The notes under the pieces were generated by a model. That model was not told the origin of the DNA. It saw only the letters and a list, made by a program, of their open reading frames with translations, and made no database searches. Shown here piece after piece: positions 30,630 through 41,171 of a DNA stretch of 64,000 bases (the stretch's first letter is position 1; every line of letters starts with the position of its first letter). The translations under genes and the position numbers were made by a program. The stretch is from an uncultured delta proteobacterium (GTDB lineage: Bacteria > Desulfobacterota > WTBG01): the NCBI GenBank assembly GCA_963793865.1, contig CAWCBP010000004.1, positions 256,001-320,000 on the forward strand, read 5' to 3'.

Positions 30630-30920
30630 TCACCTTCCCTGGCACAGTGCCACCGTCATCTCTGCGGCCGCATCACAATCATAGCAGGACTTGCAGGGTA
30701 TATAGCGCGAATTGACATAAAAGCCGCAGTGGTCTGATTCAGGCGCCATGCATACCTGGGGTTCATTTCCATCAGTGCAAATAATGGTCTCTCCCCAGGC
30801 CTGCTCACTCAAATCAACACAATTTACATCGTCCGGCTTTTGGCACCCGGCAATGAGCACGCAACAGGCAATACTGACAGCAAACAGGTAAAAAGTTTTT
30901 AATCGTTTTGCATGAGTCAT
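30630..30920 (-). CDS. Small Cys-rich lipoprotein
   Basis: Lipobox IAGC; eight further Cys. Confidence 0.7.
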   Translation of the reverse strand: MTHAKRLKTFYLFAVSIACCVLIAGCQKPDDVNCVDLSEQAWGETIICTDGNEPQVCMAPESDHCGFYVNSRYIPCKSCYDCDAAAEMTVALCQGR

Positions 30921-30936
30921 GCAATCCTCCCGCAGA

Positions 30937-31767
30937 TCACTCCTGCAGCTTCCAGCGCAAATCGCATATGGGGTCGCCGGTGGCAATCTGCATGGTTCTG
31001 CGATATCCCGTGCGCATGGCCGACCCGGCAATATAGTCCTGGGTGCAGATCAGGGGCAACACCAGGTCAACCGCGTCAAATTTTTTATAGAGCTGCACAT
31101 TGGCGCACTGGGTATAATCAAGCCCCCAGTCAAAATCGACCCTGTCGCCCCTGCGAAAATAGATTACATAGTCGTCAGGATAGACGCGGAACTGGGACCA
31201 CAGGGCGGTCGCCGCCATGAACAATTCGGTCTGGTAGCCAAACTGCATCTTCCCGATGGCAATCAGCTGATCCTTACCCCAGGCAAGCAAATCTTTTGAA
31301 GCCTGCATGAGATGGAGATTGCTGAAGTCCTTTTTGGTAACACCATAATTTGCTACCACCAGATATTCCGCCAGCTTTTCAGAATTGGGGATGAACCATT
31401 GCAGATGAAAATTGGACTCCCCGATGAAGGGCATGTCGGGAATCAGGGCTTCATAGCGGGCCCGCATTTCATCCAGGATGTCATCAATTTCATTCTCGCC
31501 AAAGACGTGCAGATACAGTTCCCTCCGGGCCGGTCTCTTTTGATCATATTGCTCGAGTAGGGGTCCGGGATCCCATGTCATGCCGTCAGTGGCTGTAATG
31601 CCGGGAGCGGTAATTCGCAAGGGATTAAGGCGGAGGTACGGCACGGCGGCTTTATAACCGGCATAACTTTTGCGCATCGTTCTGCCCGCTGCAAACAGGT
31701 TCATGGGATTACAGCATGCGCCCAGACAGCCTATTCCGATTGCTTTAATGAAGTCCCGCCGTTTCAT
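30937..31767 (-). CDS. Tat-signal protein of the L-2-amino-thiazoline-4-carboxylate hydrolase-like family
   Basis: MKRRDFIK; YEALIPDMPFIG; WGLDYTQC; ICTQDY; RTMQIATGDPICDLRW. Confidence 0.75.
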   Translation of the reverse strand: MKRRDFIKAIGIGCLGACCNPMNLFAAGRTMRKSYAGYKAAVPYLRLNPLRITAPGITATDGMTWDPGPLLEQYDQKRPARRELYLHVFGENEIDDILDEMRARYEALIPDMPFIGESNFHLQWFIPNSEKLAEYLVVANYGVTKKDFSNLHLMQASKDLLAWGKDQLIAIGKMQFGYQTELFMAATALWSQFRVYPDDYVIYFRRGDRVDFDWGLDYTQCANVQLYKKFDAVDLVLPLICTQDYIAGSAMRTGYRRTMQIATGDPICDLRWKLQE

Positions 31768-31780
31768 ATCATCTCCTAAG

Positions 31781-31851
31781 AGGGGACGCCCTTAAATTCC
31801 TAAGTTTCCACTCTTCATTTCGACTAACTTAGATTTTTAAGGGCGTCCCCT
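31781..31851. repeat. Inverted repeat AGGGGACGCCCTTAAA...TTTAAGGGCGTCCCCT
   Basis: 16-bp perfect arms with additional internal ctaagtt/aacttag pairing. Confidence 0.8.
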
Positions 31852-31866
31852 ATGGCCCTATGCGCA

Positions 31867-33066
31867 TCAGCCCCCGATTCTCTGGAGTGTGATGTCAATT
31901 GTTTGAGCGCCGCCTTCCAGCGGGAACACAACGCCCTGTGCGGGATTCCAGTAGAAGTAATCGCCCGGTTCCGGAATGGGCGGCATAAGGTTCTTTTGAT
32001 TCATTTGAACGATCACGCAGTGCCGTCCCTCGATAAGTCTTTCCCGGTAGTAGGTTATACCCCGAATCTCCATGCTATAGGGCGGCGGTCCCGGATCCAC
32101 CACCTGGTTCTCATAGCTTCCCCCGTCCGGCGGCCTGCTGGGCATGGGCGTATTTTCATCGGGGCACTGATACAGGAACGCGGAAAGCACCGCGGGTTCA
32201 TAGTCAATGGTGTCGCCCTCGGGCAGGCTGATGTTTACCGTCAGGATATCGGCCTGATCGTAAAACTCGTTGCCGCGGTTGCATTCCGGGTCGACGGTGG
32301 TATCAGTGACCGACCTGGTGCATTCGCAGGGTCCCCAGCAATCGCCGGCCCCGTTGCAGGTCTGTATGCCGTCGGGGCGTTCTCCGTAGCCGCTGCATTC
32401 ACACTTCCTGGTTTTGCCGGGAAAGCAGGATGCCTGCTCCATGCAATCAACAATGGGGGAACCGTCATCGTCACGAACACACCGCACATCAACACCCGTA
32501 CAGGCGTGATTAAAGAGGACCGAACCGTTCTCAAACATGAGCACGGCTCTCCATTTATCGGTGTCGGACGGTTTCTCCAGGGCAACATGCTCCAGCGGAT
32601 GCCCCGCGGAATAGGGATCAGGCTTGTCGCAGGTGCCGGTAAAGCCGGGCTTCAGGTAGCACCCGTTGTCACCCGGGCCGTTATGGGTTGCTCCCGGCGC
32701 CAGGTTGAAACAACTCATCTGCTGGGCGTCAGCATAGGTTATGTCGCCATCCACTATGGGACATGCGCCGTCTGATTCAGTGCCTGCGAATCCCGCGGTA
32801 ATCGTGCGCAGCTCCGCGATGGTCGGCACCCGCCAGTCATCAAACCCGCCCAGGACCAGCTCTTCGCAGTACTGGTCCGCTTCGAACGCCCGAACCCCGA
32901 TATCGTCATAATTGTATGCCTCACGCTGCGGGTCCTGCCAGCAGAGGCGGGTGTCGGGGTCGCACACGACTGTGTACTTCGTAACATTCTCTTCCTTACC
33001 ACAGGTGATGATAAGGCATGCACCCATTACCATTAAAGCCAGTAATCTAAAATATAATCGTTTCAT
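31867..33066 (-). CDS. Cys-rich lipoprotein with divergent DUF1566 domain
   Basis: Lipobox-like IITC; DPDTRLCWQ, YCEELVLGGFDDWRVPTIAELRT, VRCVR. Confidence 0.8.
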   Translation of the reverse strand: MKRLYFRLLALMVMGACLIITCGKEENVTKYTVVCDPDTRLCWQDPQREAYNYDDIGVRAFEADQYCEELVLGGFDDWRVPTIAELRTITAGFAGTESDGACPIVDGDITYADAQQMSCFNLAPGATHNGPGDNGCYLKPGFTGTCDKPDPYSAGHPLEHVALEKPSDTDKWRAVLMFENGSVLFNHACTGVDVRCVRDDDGSPIVDCMEQASCFPGKTRKCECSGYGERPDGIQTCNGAGDCWGPCECTRSVTDTTVDPECNRGNEFYDQADILTVNISLPEGDTIDYEPAVLSAFLYQCPDENTPMPSRPPDGGSYENQVVDPGPPPYSMEIRGITYYRERLIEGRHCVIVQMNQKNLMPPIPEPGDYFYWNPAQGVVFPLEGGAQTIDITLQRIGG

Positions 33067-33494
33067 ATCCCGTCCTTTCCTTGTGGTGTTAAGGATATAT
33101 AGCCCTGTGACAGCACGCCTATAGGCAAAAGCCGTGTGTGCCTCAATACAAACTTTGAAAATGACAACGGGGAAACCATATACATACTATAGGACTAAAA
33201 TAAACAAGTACATCCCATTCTCATGCATCTATGGCCTCCCCGAACCTCTGCGGGAATTTCCCAAACCGGCATATTGCTGTAACAATTGCATATTTCAATA
33301 TAATTTGTCAACCCCATCACCAACAATTATATGCGATGGCTTGAAAATCATTGCTTCCTGTGCCTATGTCACGGGGACATTAGTATTGACAGAAACGGAA
33401 GCCCCGCCTATAGTTTACACATCTTAAAGCATCTCTTGCCATTTATTCAAAGATTGTCAAAGCAGCTCACGACTCAGGGAAGGAGCATGCTCGC

Positions 33495-35787
33495 ATGAGA
33501 ATACACTTGAAAATCATGATACTCGGTGCAGGGCTGGCGTTACTCTTCACCGTCGCTTCCGGAAGCCTGGCGCGGGCGGAAAAGATCGGCGTTCTGGTCC
33601 TCGGCGCGGGCATGAATGAAACCTACAAGCCCGACTGGGCCGTGGGCTACATGGAGCATTTTTATCAGTCATTCATCCCTGGGCTGCTCACAGGCGGGCC
33701 CCTTGAGGGCGGCAGCTGCTACAGTCTGATCCATTACGCAAATGAGGTCGAATCGGCCATCTGCAGCCGGGTGCGCGGTGAAACTGTTCCCGAGGGCACG
33801 CCGATTGACATATTCTGCAATGAGTACAAAAACATGGAACAGTACCCGGTTCGTTCCACCTTTGAAGAGCCCCTTTTCGGCCCGGCAGGCTATTTAAACT
33901 CCTGCTATCCCAGCATCATTCCCTATTTCATCGCCACCGGCCACAGCACCACGGATCCCGCTACCGGCGAGGTCATTATCGGGCCCCATGTCAACGATCC
34001 CGAAGGCCCGGGCATTGGGATAGCCGACTTTATTGAAATGTATGCCTTTTATTATATGACCTATCACTATGAATTCAGCGCGGACGATTTCCGCTGCCCC
34101 TACCGCCGGCAGTTTCTGCGGTTCGTCTACGGCAATGACACCCCGGCCCTTTACGGGTACGAGCCCGACGCCCAGGAGTTGAGCAATCTCAAGGACGAGG
34201 TCGAAAAAGCCGTCGGCAGTGAAACCACGGTGGTTTACCGCATGGGCTGGGAAGCCTACATGCGCAACCGCGATATCTACGGCGCCGACGCCTTCATCGC
34301 CGACAGCACCGAAACGGCGCTGCGTGAACTCATCGAGGATGAACAGGTCGACCGCATAGTCGTGCTGGGCACGGGCGGCCATTATTCCAATGTCACCAAC
34401 TGGGGCTACTGCTGGCGCGACAGCGCAGGCCGTGGCGTGAGCAGCATCGATGATACCACGTTTTATGAATGTATGAATGACCTTGCCGACGGTTGCGGCC
34501 CGGACACCAGTAAAACGCTGGTAGAGCGGCTCTCCGCCAAGCCCTGGAACCAGCTTATAGCCACTTACCCCGACATTCACGACATGGCACGTACCCTCAA
34601 GCCCGAGATGAAGGTCACGTTTGCCAATTCCTTTGGCGATTACCCGGCTTTCAACCAGGCGGTTGTTGAAATGCTGAAATACACGCTGTCGAAATACGAT
34701 ATTGACCATGACTCGTCACTGAAAGTGATTCTTGCCACCCACGGCTACGGCCCGGGTTATTTGAACGGCAATGAATGCGATTCGTATTTCAAACAGTCCA
34801 AGGCCCTTGCGCAGCGCGTCATAGCCCCGGTGCAGGATTATCTTGAGGACAACTGGTCCGGCAGGAGTGAAGTGGCCCACGGCGAAAATGAATTTGCGGA
34901 GCCCTCGGCGGAGGACAGCGCGTCCGACAAGCCCGACCGGAATAACCCCATGGGGAAAATCATGAGCACCGGCGAGCACATCGACATCGCCATCAACGGA
35001 ACCTATGTGAACGGGTTCGGCCGGGCGGTTGATAACGGCAGATGACAATTTCGATTACGTGATCGTCATTCCCATCCTGTGGGACGCCGAGAACGTTGAT
35101 ACCATAACCGACTTCCGCGAGCTGACGCTGGGCAACCATGAGCTCCTGAGCGCGGGTGGCGGCAAGGCGTGGCTGCGCCAGGAGCATGACAGCGACGGCA
35201 CCGCCTACCGCATTGCCGACGATTTCGACAGCGAATTTTTTACGGTGAAGGTCATGGACGCCAGCGGCTGGGAAAGCACGCCGAAACGGACAGGCTTGAA
35301 AAAGGCCGCACCGGTAAGGAAGGGCAGCGCAGAAAAGCCGACAACCGTCATTCTGACCGGTGCGCTGCTGTCGCAGGGTAACGGCCCGGTCCGCAGTAAT
35401 TTTGTTGCCGCTGCCGCTGCCGGTATTCTTGAGGCTATTGAGGATCCATCCGTCGGCGGCTACCAGGACGAATCCTGCCAGCGGCAGGCCCTGGGAATGG
35501 TTGTCGGCTTTGAGGCCCGGCCATTTTTCGGATCAGTGCGCGTTTCATGGTCGGCGGTGGGAGAAAGCCAAACCGGCGACTTTGCCCTGTACCGCGCTTC
35601 ATCTGATGCCGGACCCTATGAAAAGCTTGACAGTGCGGGTATAGTTGCGCTTAAGAAGAGCGCTTCACACACAGAGTACCGGTATATTGACCGCCTGCCT
35701 GAAGCAGTCGCTACCCCGTACTACAGGCTGGAGCGGTCGCTTGGCGGCGCAGCAGCAACCTATGGGCCGGTCAGCGCTTCGCCGTGA
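33495..35787 (+). CDS. Exported ferrochelatase-like protein with FN3-like C-terminal domain (frameshift near 35040)
   Basis: Signal peptide; KIGVLVL, VDRIVVL..HYSNVT, FGDYPAF, VILATHG, DSY, VIVIP..AENVDT in HemH order. Confidence 0.65.
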
Positions 35788-35953
35788 AATAAGGGCAGGA
35801 AGGACGGTTTTATAACACTGTATTCCCGATCAGGATGCATCATGTTTTATGGACATACGCTGCTTTTAATCAATTACCTGAAAAGTGCATTACAACCAGA
35901 TTCAAGAATAATCAGTTGCTAAAGAACCTGCTTTCCCTTCTCCTATAAAGCAC

Positions 35954-36873
35954 ATGACATCCGCCGCCATTGAAGCTGTTCAGCTTACCAAGCATTACGC
36001 GAAGGTGCGGGCCCTGGATAACCTGAGCCTTGAAGTCCGGGAGGGAGAATGCTTCGGCCTTTTAGGGCCGAACGGCGCGGGTAAAACCACCCTGGTCAAG
36101 ATACTGGTCCATCTGATCCGGCCCACCTCAGGTACCGCGCGGATATTAGCCGGCCGGCAGCGGACGAGCGTATACGGCAGCAGGTAGGATACCTTCCGGA
36201 GAAGGTGAAAATCCATCCCTTTCTCACCGGCAGCGAGTTTCTGGACTACCAGGGCATGCTCTATGGGATGGATCGCAGGCAGCGCGGGTTAAGCGCGGAG
36301 TCATGCTTGAAGCAGGTGGGCATGTATGAGGACCGCCACCGGAAAATCGGAGGGTATTCGAAGGGAATGGTGCAGCGTTTGGGGCTGGCCCAGGCCCTGC
36401 TCAATGATCCCAAACTCCTGCTCCTCGACGAACCCGCCGCAGGCCTTGACCCCATCAGCAACAAAGAGATGCGGGACATACTGTTGAATCTCAGGGAACG
36501 CGGGACAACCATATTCATCAATTCCCACCTGCTGTCGGAGATAGAAATGATCTGCGACCGGGTGGCCATTCTCAATCACGGGAAGCTGGTGGGGTCGGGA
36601 ACCAAGGAGGAGCTCACCGCCCGGACAACATCGGTCGAGCTGAAGGTGGAGGGAATAAGCGACCGGCTGCTGGAAAAGATCAAGGAAGTCGCCTCGCAGA
36701 TAACGGTGGATGGCGATACCATACTGCTCAGCCTCCGCGCCGGCGAGCCCATCAGCACGCTCCCCGAGATAATCGTCAATCAGGGGGCGAAGCTGCTTTC
36801 TTTGAACTCCCGCTCGGAATCGCTTGAAGATATCTTTTACCGGCTTGTCAAGGAAACAAAGGCAGATGAGTAA
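35954..36873 (+). CDS. ABC-2 type transporter ATP-binding protein (frameshifts near 36150-36205)
   Basis: [31 protein letters not shown]. Confidence 0.92.
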
Positions 36874-37656
36874 AATACTGGCCATAGCCCGGATGACGGT
36901 CAAAGGGGAGCTGCGCAACAGGCTGATCTACATACTGCTGGCCGTCGCATTGCTCTTCCTCTTCATGGCCGGGGATGCGCGCCGGCGAAAATCAACATCG
37001 AAAAGGGATTTATCAATCCCGAACAGATTACCCGGGCGGGCATGCTTTTTACCTTTAACTGCATCCTCTTCTGGGGGCTTTCCCTGTGCGGCCTGCTGGC
37101 CATGAACGCCATCCCCCGTGAGCTGGATGAGGAAACCATCGTGCTGACCATAACCAAGCCGGTCAAGCGACACTGGTTTCTGGCAGGCAAATTTCTGGGC
37201 ATCTTTTTCATAGTCTTCAGCAATATCATGGTCCTGACGCTCTGTTTCCTGCTTTTCTTTTACCTGAGAACGGGGGCTGCAGACCCCCGGATTTTTGCCG
37301 TCCTGGCCGCGGCCACGCCAAACTTTATCCTGGTTATCTCGCTTGTTTTCCTTTTGTCCCTCCTGCTCCCCAGGGCCTTGGGCGCGATTCTCACCCTTGG
37401 CGTATATGCCACCAGTTTGTGGCTGAGCGTACTTTTCTTCTTTGAGAAGGTGCGGGCTTACTGGGAACCATCATTGCCCACCCAGGTCCTCCACTACCTG
37501 CTTCCCCAGCTCGGCGGGGTGCATCTGTACGCGCTGTCCCTCATGAGTGATGTTTTCCCCTCTTCCATGGGCATGTGGGCGCTGCTGGACATCACGGCGT
37601 ACCTCATCGTTATCTGGACAATCATGATTATCGTTTTCCGGCGCAAGGCCATTTAG
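36866..37656 (+). CDS. ABC-2 type transporter permease (frameshift near 36975)
   Basis: ILAIARMTVKGELRNR; IPRELDEETI..TITKPVKR..FLAGKFLG; six TM; overlaps ATPase stop. Confidence 0.88.
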
Positions 37657-37779
37657 GAAGGCGGTGTTAGTGGAGGGAATGATTTCGCACAATAGCAGCT
37701 GAGCGAACGACGGACGTGAGCTAACACAAACGCAGTGGGGCGACCGGCCGGTCGCCCCTGCATTTTTCAATAGTCTTGT

Positions 37780-37977
37780 TTAATGCCTGTTTGGCACAGT
37801 ATTTCTCTTACCCTGCTGTTTTGACAGATGCCGTTTCCTGTGGGCCGGGCCGCGGGCAGTTGTATCCTCCGGGAACCGGTGGGGTGCATTCTTATCGTTT
37901 CTGTTCAGGCCTGAAAGCCTCAACTGCTTATTATAGGTCCTCAGAACGGTCTGTATCTGCTGAGTCGAAACGCTCAT
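37780..37977 (-). CDS. Short protein resembling the N-terminus of the DVU0524 (FlgM-associated) family; possibly truncated
   Basis: MSVSTQQIQTVLRTYNKQLR; sigma28-type promoter upstream. Confidence 0.5.
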   Translation of the reverse strand: MSVSTQQIQTVLRTYNKQLRLSGLNRNDKNAPHRFPEDTTARGPAHRKRHLSKQQGKRNTVPNRH

Positions 37978-38038
37978 GACTTTTTCCCTGCCTGGTATTC
38001 GTTTTGACAGTATTCATTACATGTAAAGTCTCCTATAC

Positions 38039-38065
38039 TCATCGGAAAACAGGGGGAAACCTTTA
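38039..38065 (-). promoter_or_regulatory. Putative sigma28 (FliA) promoter
   Basis: TAAAGGTT-N11-TCCGATGA on minus strand. Confidence 0.6.
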
Positions 38066-38098
38066 GCATTATGCCAAGGGGGTGGAAACGGGCATCAG

Positions 38099-38665
38099 CT
38101 ATTCCCAGGGACAATTCCAGGCGGCAGGATCCACGCCCGGCGCCACCCAGAGGGCGCGCTTGATACCCTTCACCATGTTGAAGTACTGCATCATTTCAGG
38201 AACAATCCTGGTAACGATGAGGAAGTCGGGAATGGCCGTTTGATTAAAGTCAGCAAGCTGCCGTTCCACGTGGAGCAGGTCGCAGCCCTTCTTCCATTCC
38301 GCGTCGCCCTTATGGAAGACCTGCGCGTTTCCCCAGATCCGCAGCCCGCGGGTTGACTTGTAGCCGAAGTACGGCGAGATAATGCCCACGCAGCAGCGCG
38401 GGTTTCGCTCGATGAACATTTTCTTCCACTCCACCACCTTGCCCTTTTCACCTTTTTGATAAAACTCATAGCTCCTGCCTTCCGACACCACATACAAGGT
38501 GGCACCGTCATTGCGGTATTCCACCGGTGTCGCCCGGGGAACGTTATTATGGGCGAATGCCAGGGTGCAAATATTGTTGATTTCGAGATACTCCACCATT
38601 TCCCGGTAGAGTTCGTCCTGAGTCAGCTTTCCTTTCGCCGCATCCTTTTGTTCAGTTCCCGCCAT
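38099..38665 (-). CDS. Pyridoxamine 5'-phosphate oxidase-like flavin-binding protein
   Basis: CTLA..NVPRATPVEY..LYVVSEG; K..IERNPRCCVGI; GLRIWG. Confidence 0.85.
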   Translation of the reverse strand: MAGTEQKDAAKGKLTQDELYREMVEYLEINNICTLAFAHNNVPRATPVEYRNDGATLYVVSEGRSYEFYQKGEKGKVVEWKKMFIERNPRCCVGIISPYFGYKSTRGLRIWGNAQVFHKGDAEWKKGCDLLHVERQLADFNQTAIPDFLIVTRIVPEMMQYFNMVKGIKRALWVAPGVDPAAWNCPWE

Positions 38666-38759
38666 GCTCTGCTCCTTTGTTTAAATGCCTGCCTTCCAAT
38701 TACTTCATCAAAGATGCAACAGTATGTCTTTCCATCCTGTAATGTGCTTGCTATACATC

Positions 38760-38902
38760 CAGCCCAAATATTTTAAATTTGGGTAGGAGCGCCTTCAGGC
38801 GCGATGCATTCGCGGCTGAAAGCCGCTCCTACCGGTTATCAATATTTCTGAGAGAAAAACCGGCCCGCGGCTGGTAAATGCTCAGACATGGGCCTGTAAG
38901 AA
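38760..38902. repeat. Second copy of the REP-doublet-containing dispersed repeat
   Basis: Near-identical core to 7919-7973 with shared flanks. Confidence 0.85.
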
Positions 38903-38912
38903 AAAGCCCACT

Positions 38913-40421
38913 TCAGGAGAGCGGAGCCAGAAGGGTGATGTGCGTTCCCTTTCCGGGCGCTGATCTGACAACCATGTCTCCCTTATGCCATTGCAGCCTC
39001 TCCTTAATGCTGAACAGCCCGAATCCCTTGTTGCGGTCGGGAAGCAATTGTAAGCTCCTGGTGTCAAAGCCGACCCCGTCATCTCTCATCTCCAGCCGCA
39101 CCTGATGATCATCCTGTCTGAGCGATACCATTACATTTTTTGCATTGGCATGCTTGACAACATTGGTCAGCAGCTCTCTTGCAGCCCGGTACAAGAGCGT
39201 GCTCATATTTTGATCCATGACTTTTGGTTTTCGATCGCTTTCAAAGTTAATTTTGAGATCGTGTTCTTTATTGGCCTGGTCAACCAGCCATTCCAGGGCG
39301 GCCTCAAGCCCGAACTCATTGAGAATGGAAGGACTCATTTCATAGGACAAGGCGCGTGTATCGTTCACTGCCTTTTCAATGAGCTTGAATATTTCCTTCC
39401 AGGTTTCAGCGCTTTCGCCACCGGCTTCGGCTTTCGCCATCATTTCCAATCTTATTTTCAGCACAAACAGCGTCTGCCCGATCCTGTCATGCAGATAGTT
39501 CGAAAAGGTGCGCCTGGCATTTTCCTCTATGGCCGTCACTTCCATGGCCAAAGCCTTGAGCTTATCCCGTGCCGCAATAAGCTCTTCCTCCTTCTGTTTC
39601 ATCTCCGTTATCTCATGGGCGAAAATAACAACTTGCGAGACACTGCCCTCCCGGTCGAAAATGGGATGGATGGCATTATCAAACCAGCGGGTGCCGTTAT
39701 TATCCTGGAAATAAACCGGGATTCGTTCCCGCAGCACCTTTTTAAAGAATGCCGTTCTTTTTTTTGCCACGTCCCTGCCGAATAAATCAAGCGGCTTCTT
39801 GCCGATGAGCTGATCTCTGCTCATGTTCATTTTCCGGCAGAACGCCTCATTGGCATCGATGAGCGTGGCTTTATTATCAACCAGAACAGCAATATCCGCG
39901 GTGGCGTTTAAAAGGATCCGCGCCCGTTCTTCACTCACCCGCAGCTGCTCTTCCATCTGTATCCGGTCCGAGATTTCACGGATGATGCCGGTCACTGCAT
40001 ATGTGCCTTCCGGTTTAATAAGATGAAAGGAGCCTTCTATGGGAAATGTCTGACCGTCCTTTCGTGATCCCAGTCCCTCCCGGATGGATCCCGTGTGGGC
40101 GCTGCTAAAATTCATAGACATGGTTTTAAACTTATCCTTTTCTTTATTTCTCCTCTGTGTGGGTAAAAGTATCGATGCCGGCTTGTCCATGATCTCCTTA
40201 CGGCTGTAGCCGAACATCTGTTCAGCCTTCCGGTTAAAAGAGCTGATCCTGCCCTTGCTGTCAGTTGTCAAGATGGCATCGTTGGCATACTCAATGGTGT
40301 TTTTATATTTTTCTCTCAGCTCTCTTTGTTCCTGCTTGAGCTTTTCAATTTCAGCAACCAGGCGGCTTATTTCTTTTGATGTATCATTCGCGCGGCTTTT
40401 TGTCTTCGTTCCGGCTTTCAT
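38913..40421 (-). CDS. Cytoplasmic two-PAS sensor histidine kinase (HisKA_3/NarX-like)
   Basis: Two PAS domains; LHDRIGQTL; ELLTNVVKHA; DDGVGF; GFGL; GKGT; no cognate regulator adjacent. Confidence 0.92.
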   Translation of the reverse strand: MKAGTKTKSRANDTSKEISRLVAEIEKLKQEQRELREKYKNTIEYANDAILTTDSKGRISSFNRKAEQMFGYSRKEIMDKPASILLPTQRRNKEKDKFKTMSMNFSSAHTGSIREGLGSRKDGQTFPIEGSFHLIKPEGTYAVTGIIREISDRIQMEEQLRVSEERARILLNATADIAVLVDNKATLIDANEAFCRKMNMSRDQLIGKKPLDLFGRDVAKKRTAFFKKVLRERIPVYFQDNNGTRWFDNAIHPIFDREGSVSQVVIFAHEITEMKQKEEELIAARDKLKALAMEVTAIEENARRTFSNYLHDRIGQTLFVLKIRLEMMAKAEAGGESAETWKEIFKLIEKAVNDTRALSYEMSPSILNEFGLEAALEWLVDQANKEHDLKINFESDRKPKVMDQNMSTLLYRAARELLTNVVKHANAKNVMVSLRQDDHQVRLEMRDDGVGFDTRSLQLLPDRNKGFGLFSIKERLQWHKGDMVVRSAPGKGTHITLLAPLS

Positions 40422-40691
40422 GCCTACCTCTGGCGATGGAGATATTTTTATCAGGTTCCCGATACCACTGCGCATCATACCCGGAAATTACAGACAATCA
40501 ATTAATTAAAATTGCATATTTGTCAAGAGGGGATGCAAAGTCGCAGAATGCTGAAGCCATAGACGGGAAATAGGAGCACCTGCTAAGTCTGGCAGTGGTC
40601 AAGGAGCTGTTTCACATTGAGTCCTTTACTGCTGTGAACATTTGTTTGCCAGGTTAAGACCGTTGACAGGAGCACTCAGGGAAAGGGATGA

Positions 40692-41003
40692 CTACCGTAC
40701 CCTGGTTAGGCAGTGTGAAGAAGCGGTTACCGTACAACAAACATAGCTCCAGTCAGTCAGATTCATGGCATTGGCATAAGAATCTGCAAGAGCTAAAGCC
40801 TTTTTTAAACCCTTATGTTTTGAAAAGTAGTTTGCTTTAATGGTACCGGCAAATAACTCTTTATCAATTGAGCTGCTGTCCACGTACACATCAAAGGCGA
40901 TCAAGCCATAGGGAATATTATTACCATCGCATATATTGCTTTTCCATAGCAACGCGACAATGAAAAGTAATCCCAGGAGAATATAAAAAATACGCTTGAT
41001 CAT
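40692..41003 (-). CDS. Small exported hypothetical protein
   Basis: Hydrophobic N-terminus; WSYVCC..C motif. Confidence 0.55.
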   Translation of the reverse strand: MIKRIFYILLGLLFIVALLWKSNICDGNNIPYGLIAFDVYVDSSSIDKELFAGTIKANYFSKHKGLKKALALADSYANAMNLTDWSYVCCTVTASSHCLTRVR

Positions 41004-41171
41004 GGCATGAAGGTTTGGAAGGTTTAGGGACGTTGTTGACTAAGTGAAATTGGAAAAGTAGAAACACTTGCCTATGATTAAGGCACTCTCCTATCCGGCA
41101 CTGAATTCACGGCTGAAGCCGCTCCTATCGTTTGTTAAATTTCAAATGTCAAAATACACCAACCCGGATCC

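Noticed and set aside
40570..40680. Possible long hairpin ncRNA
   Set aside because: Only short scattered complementary blocks and no family resemblance.
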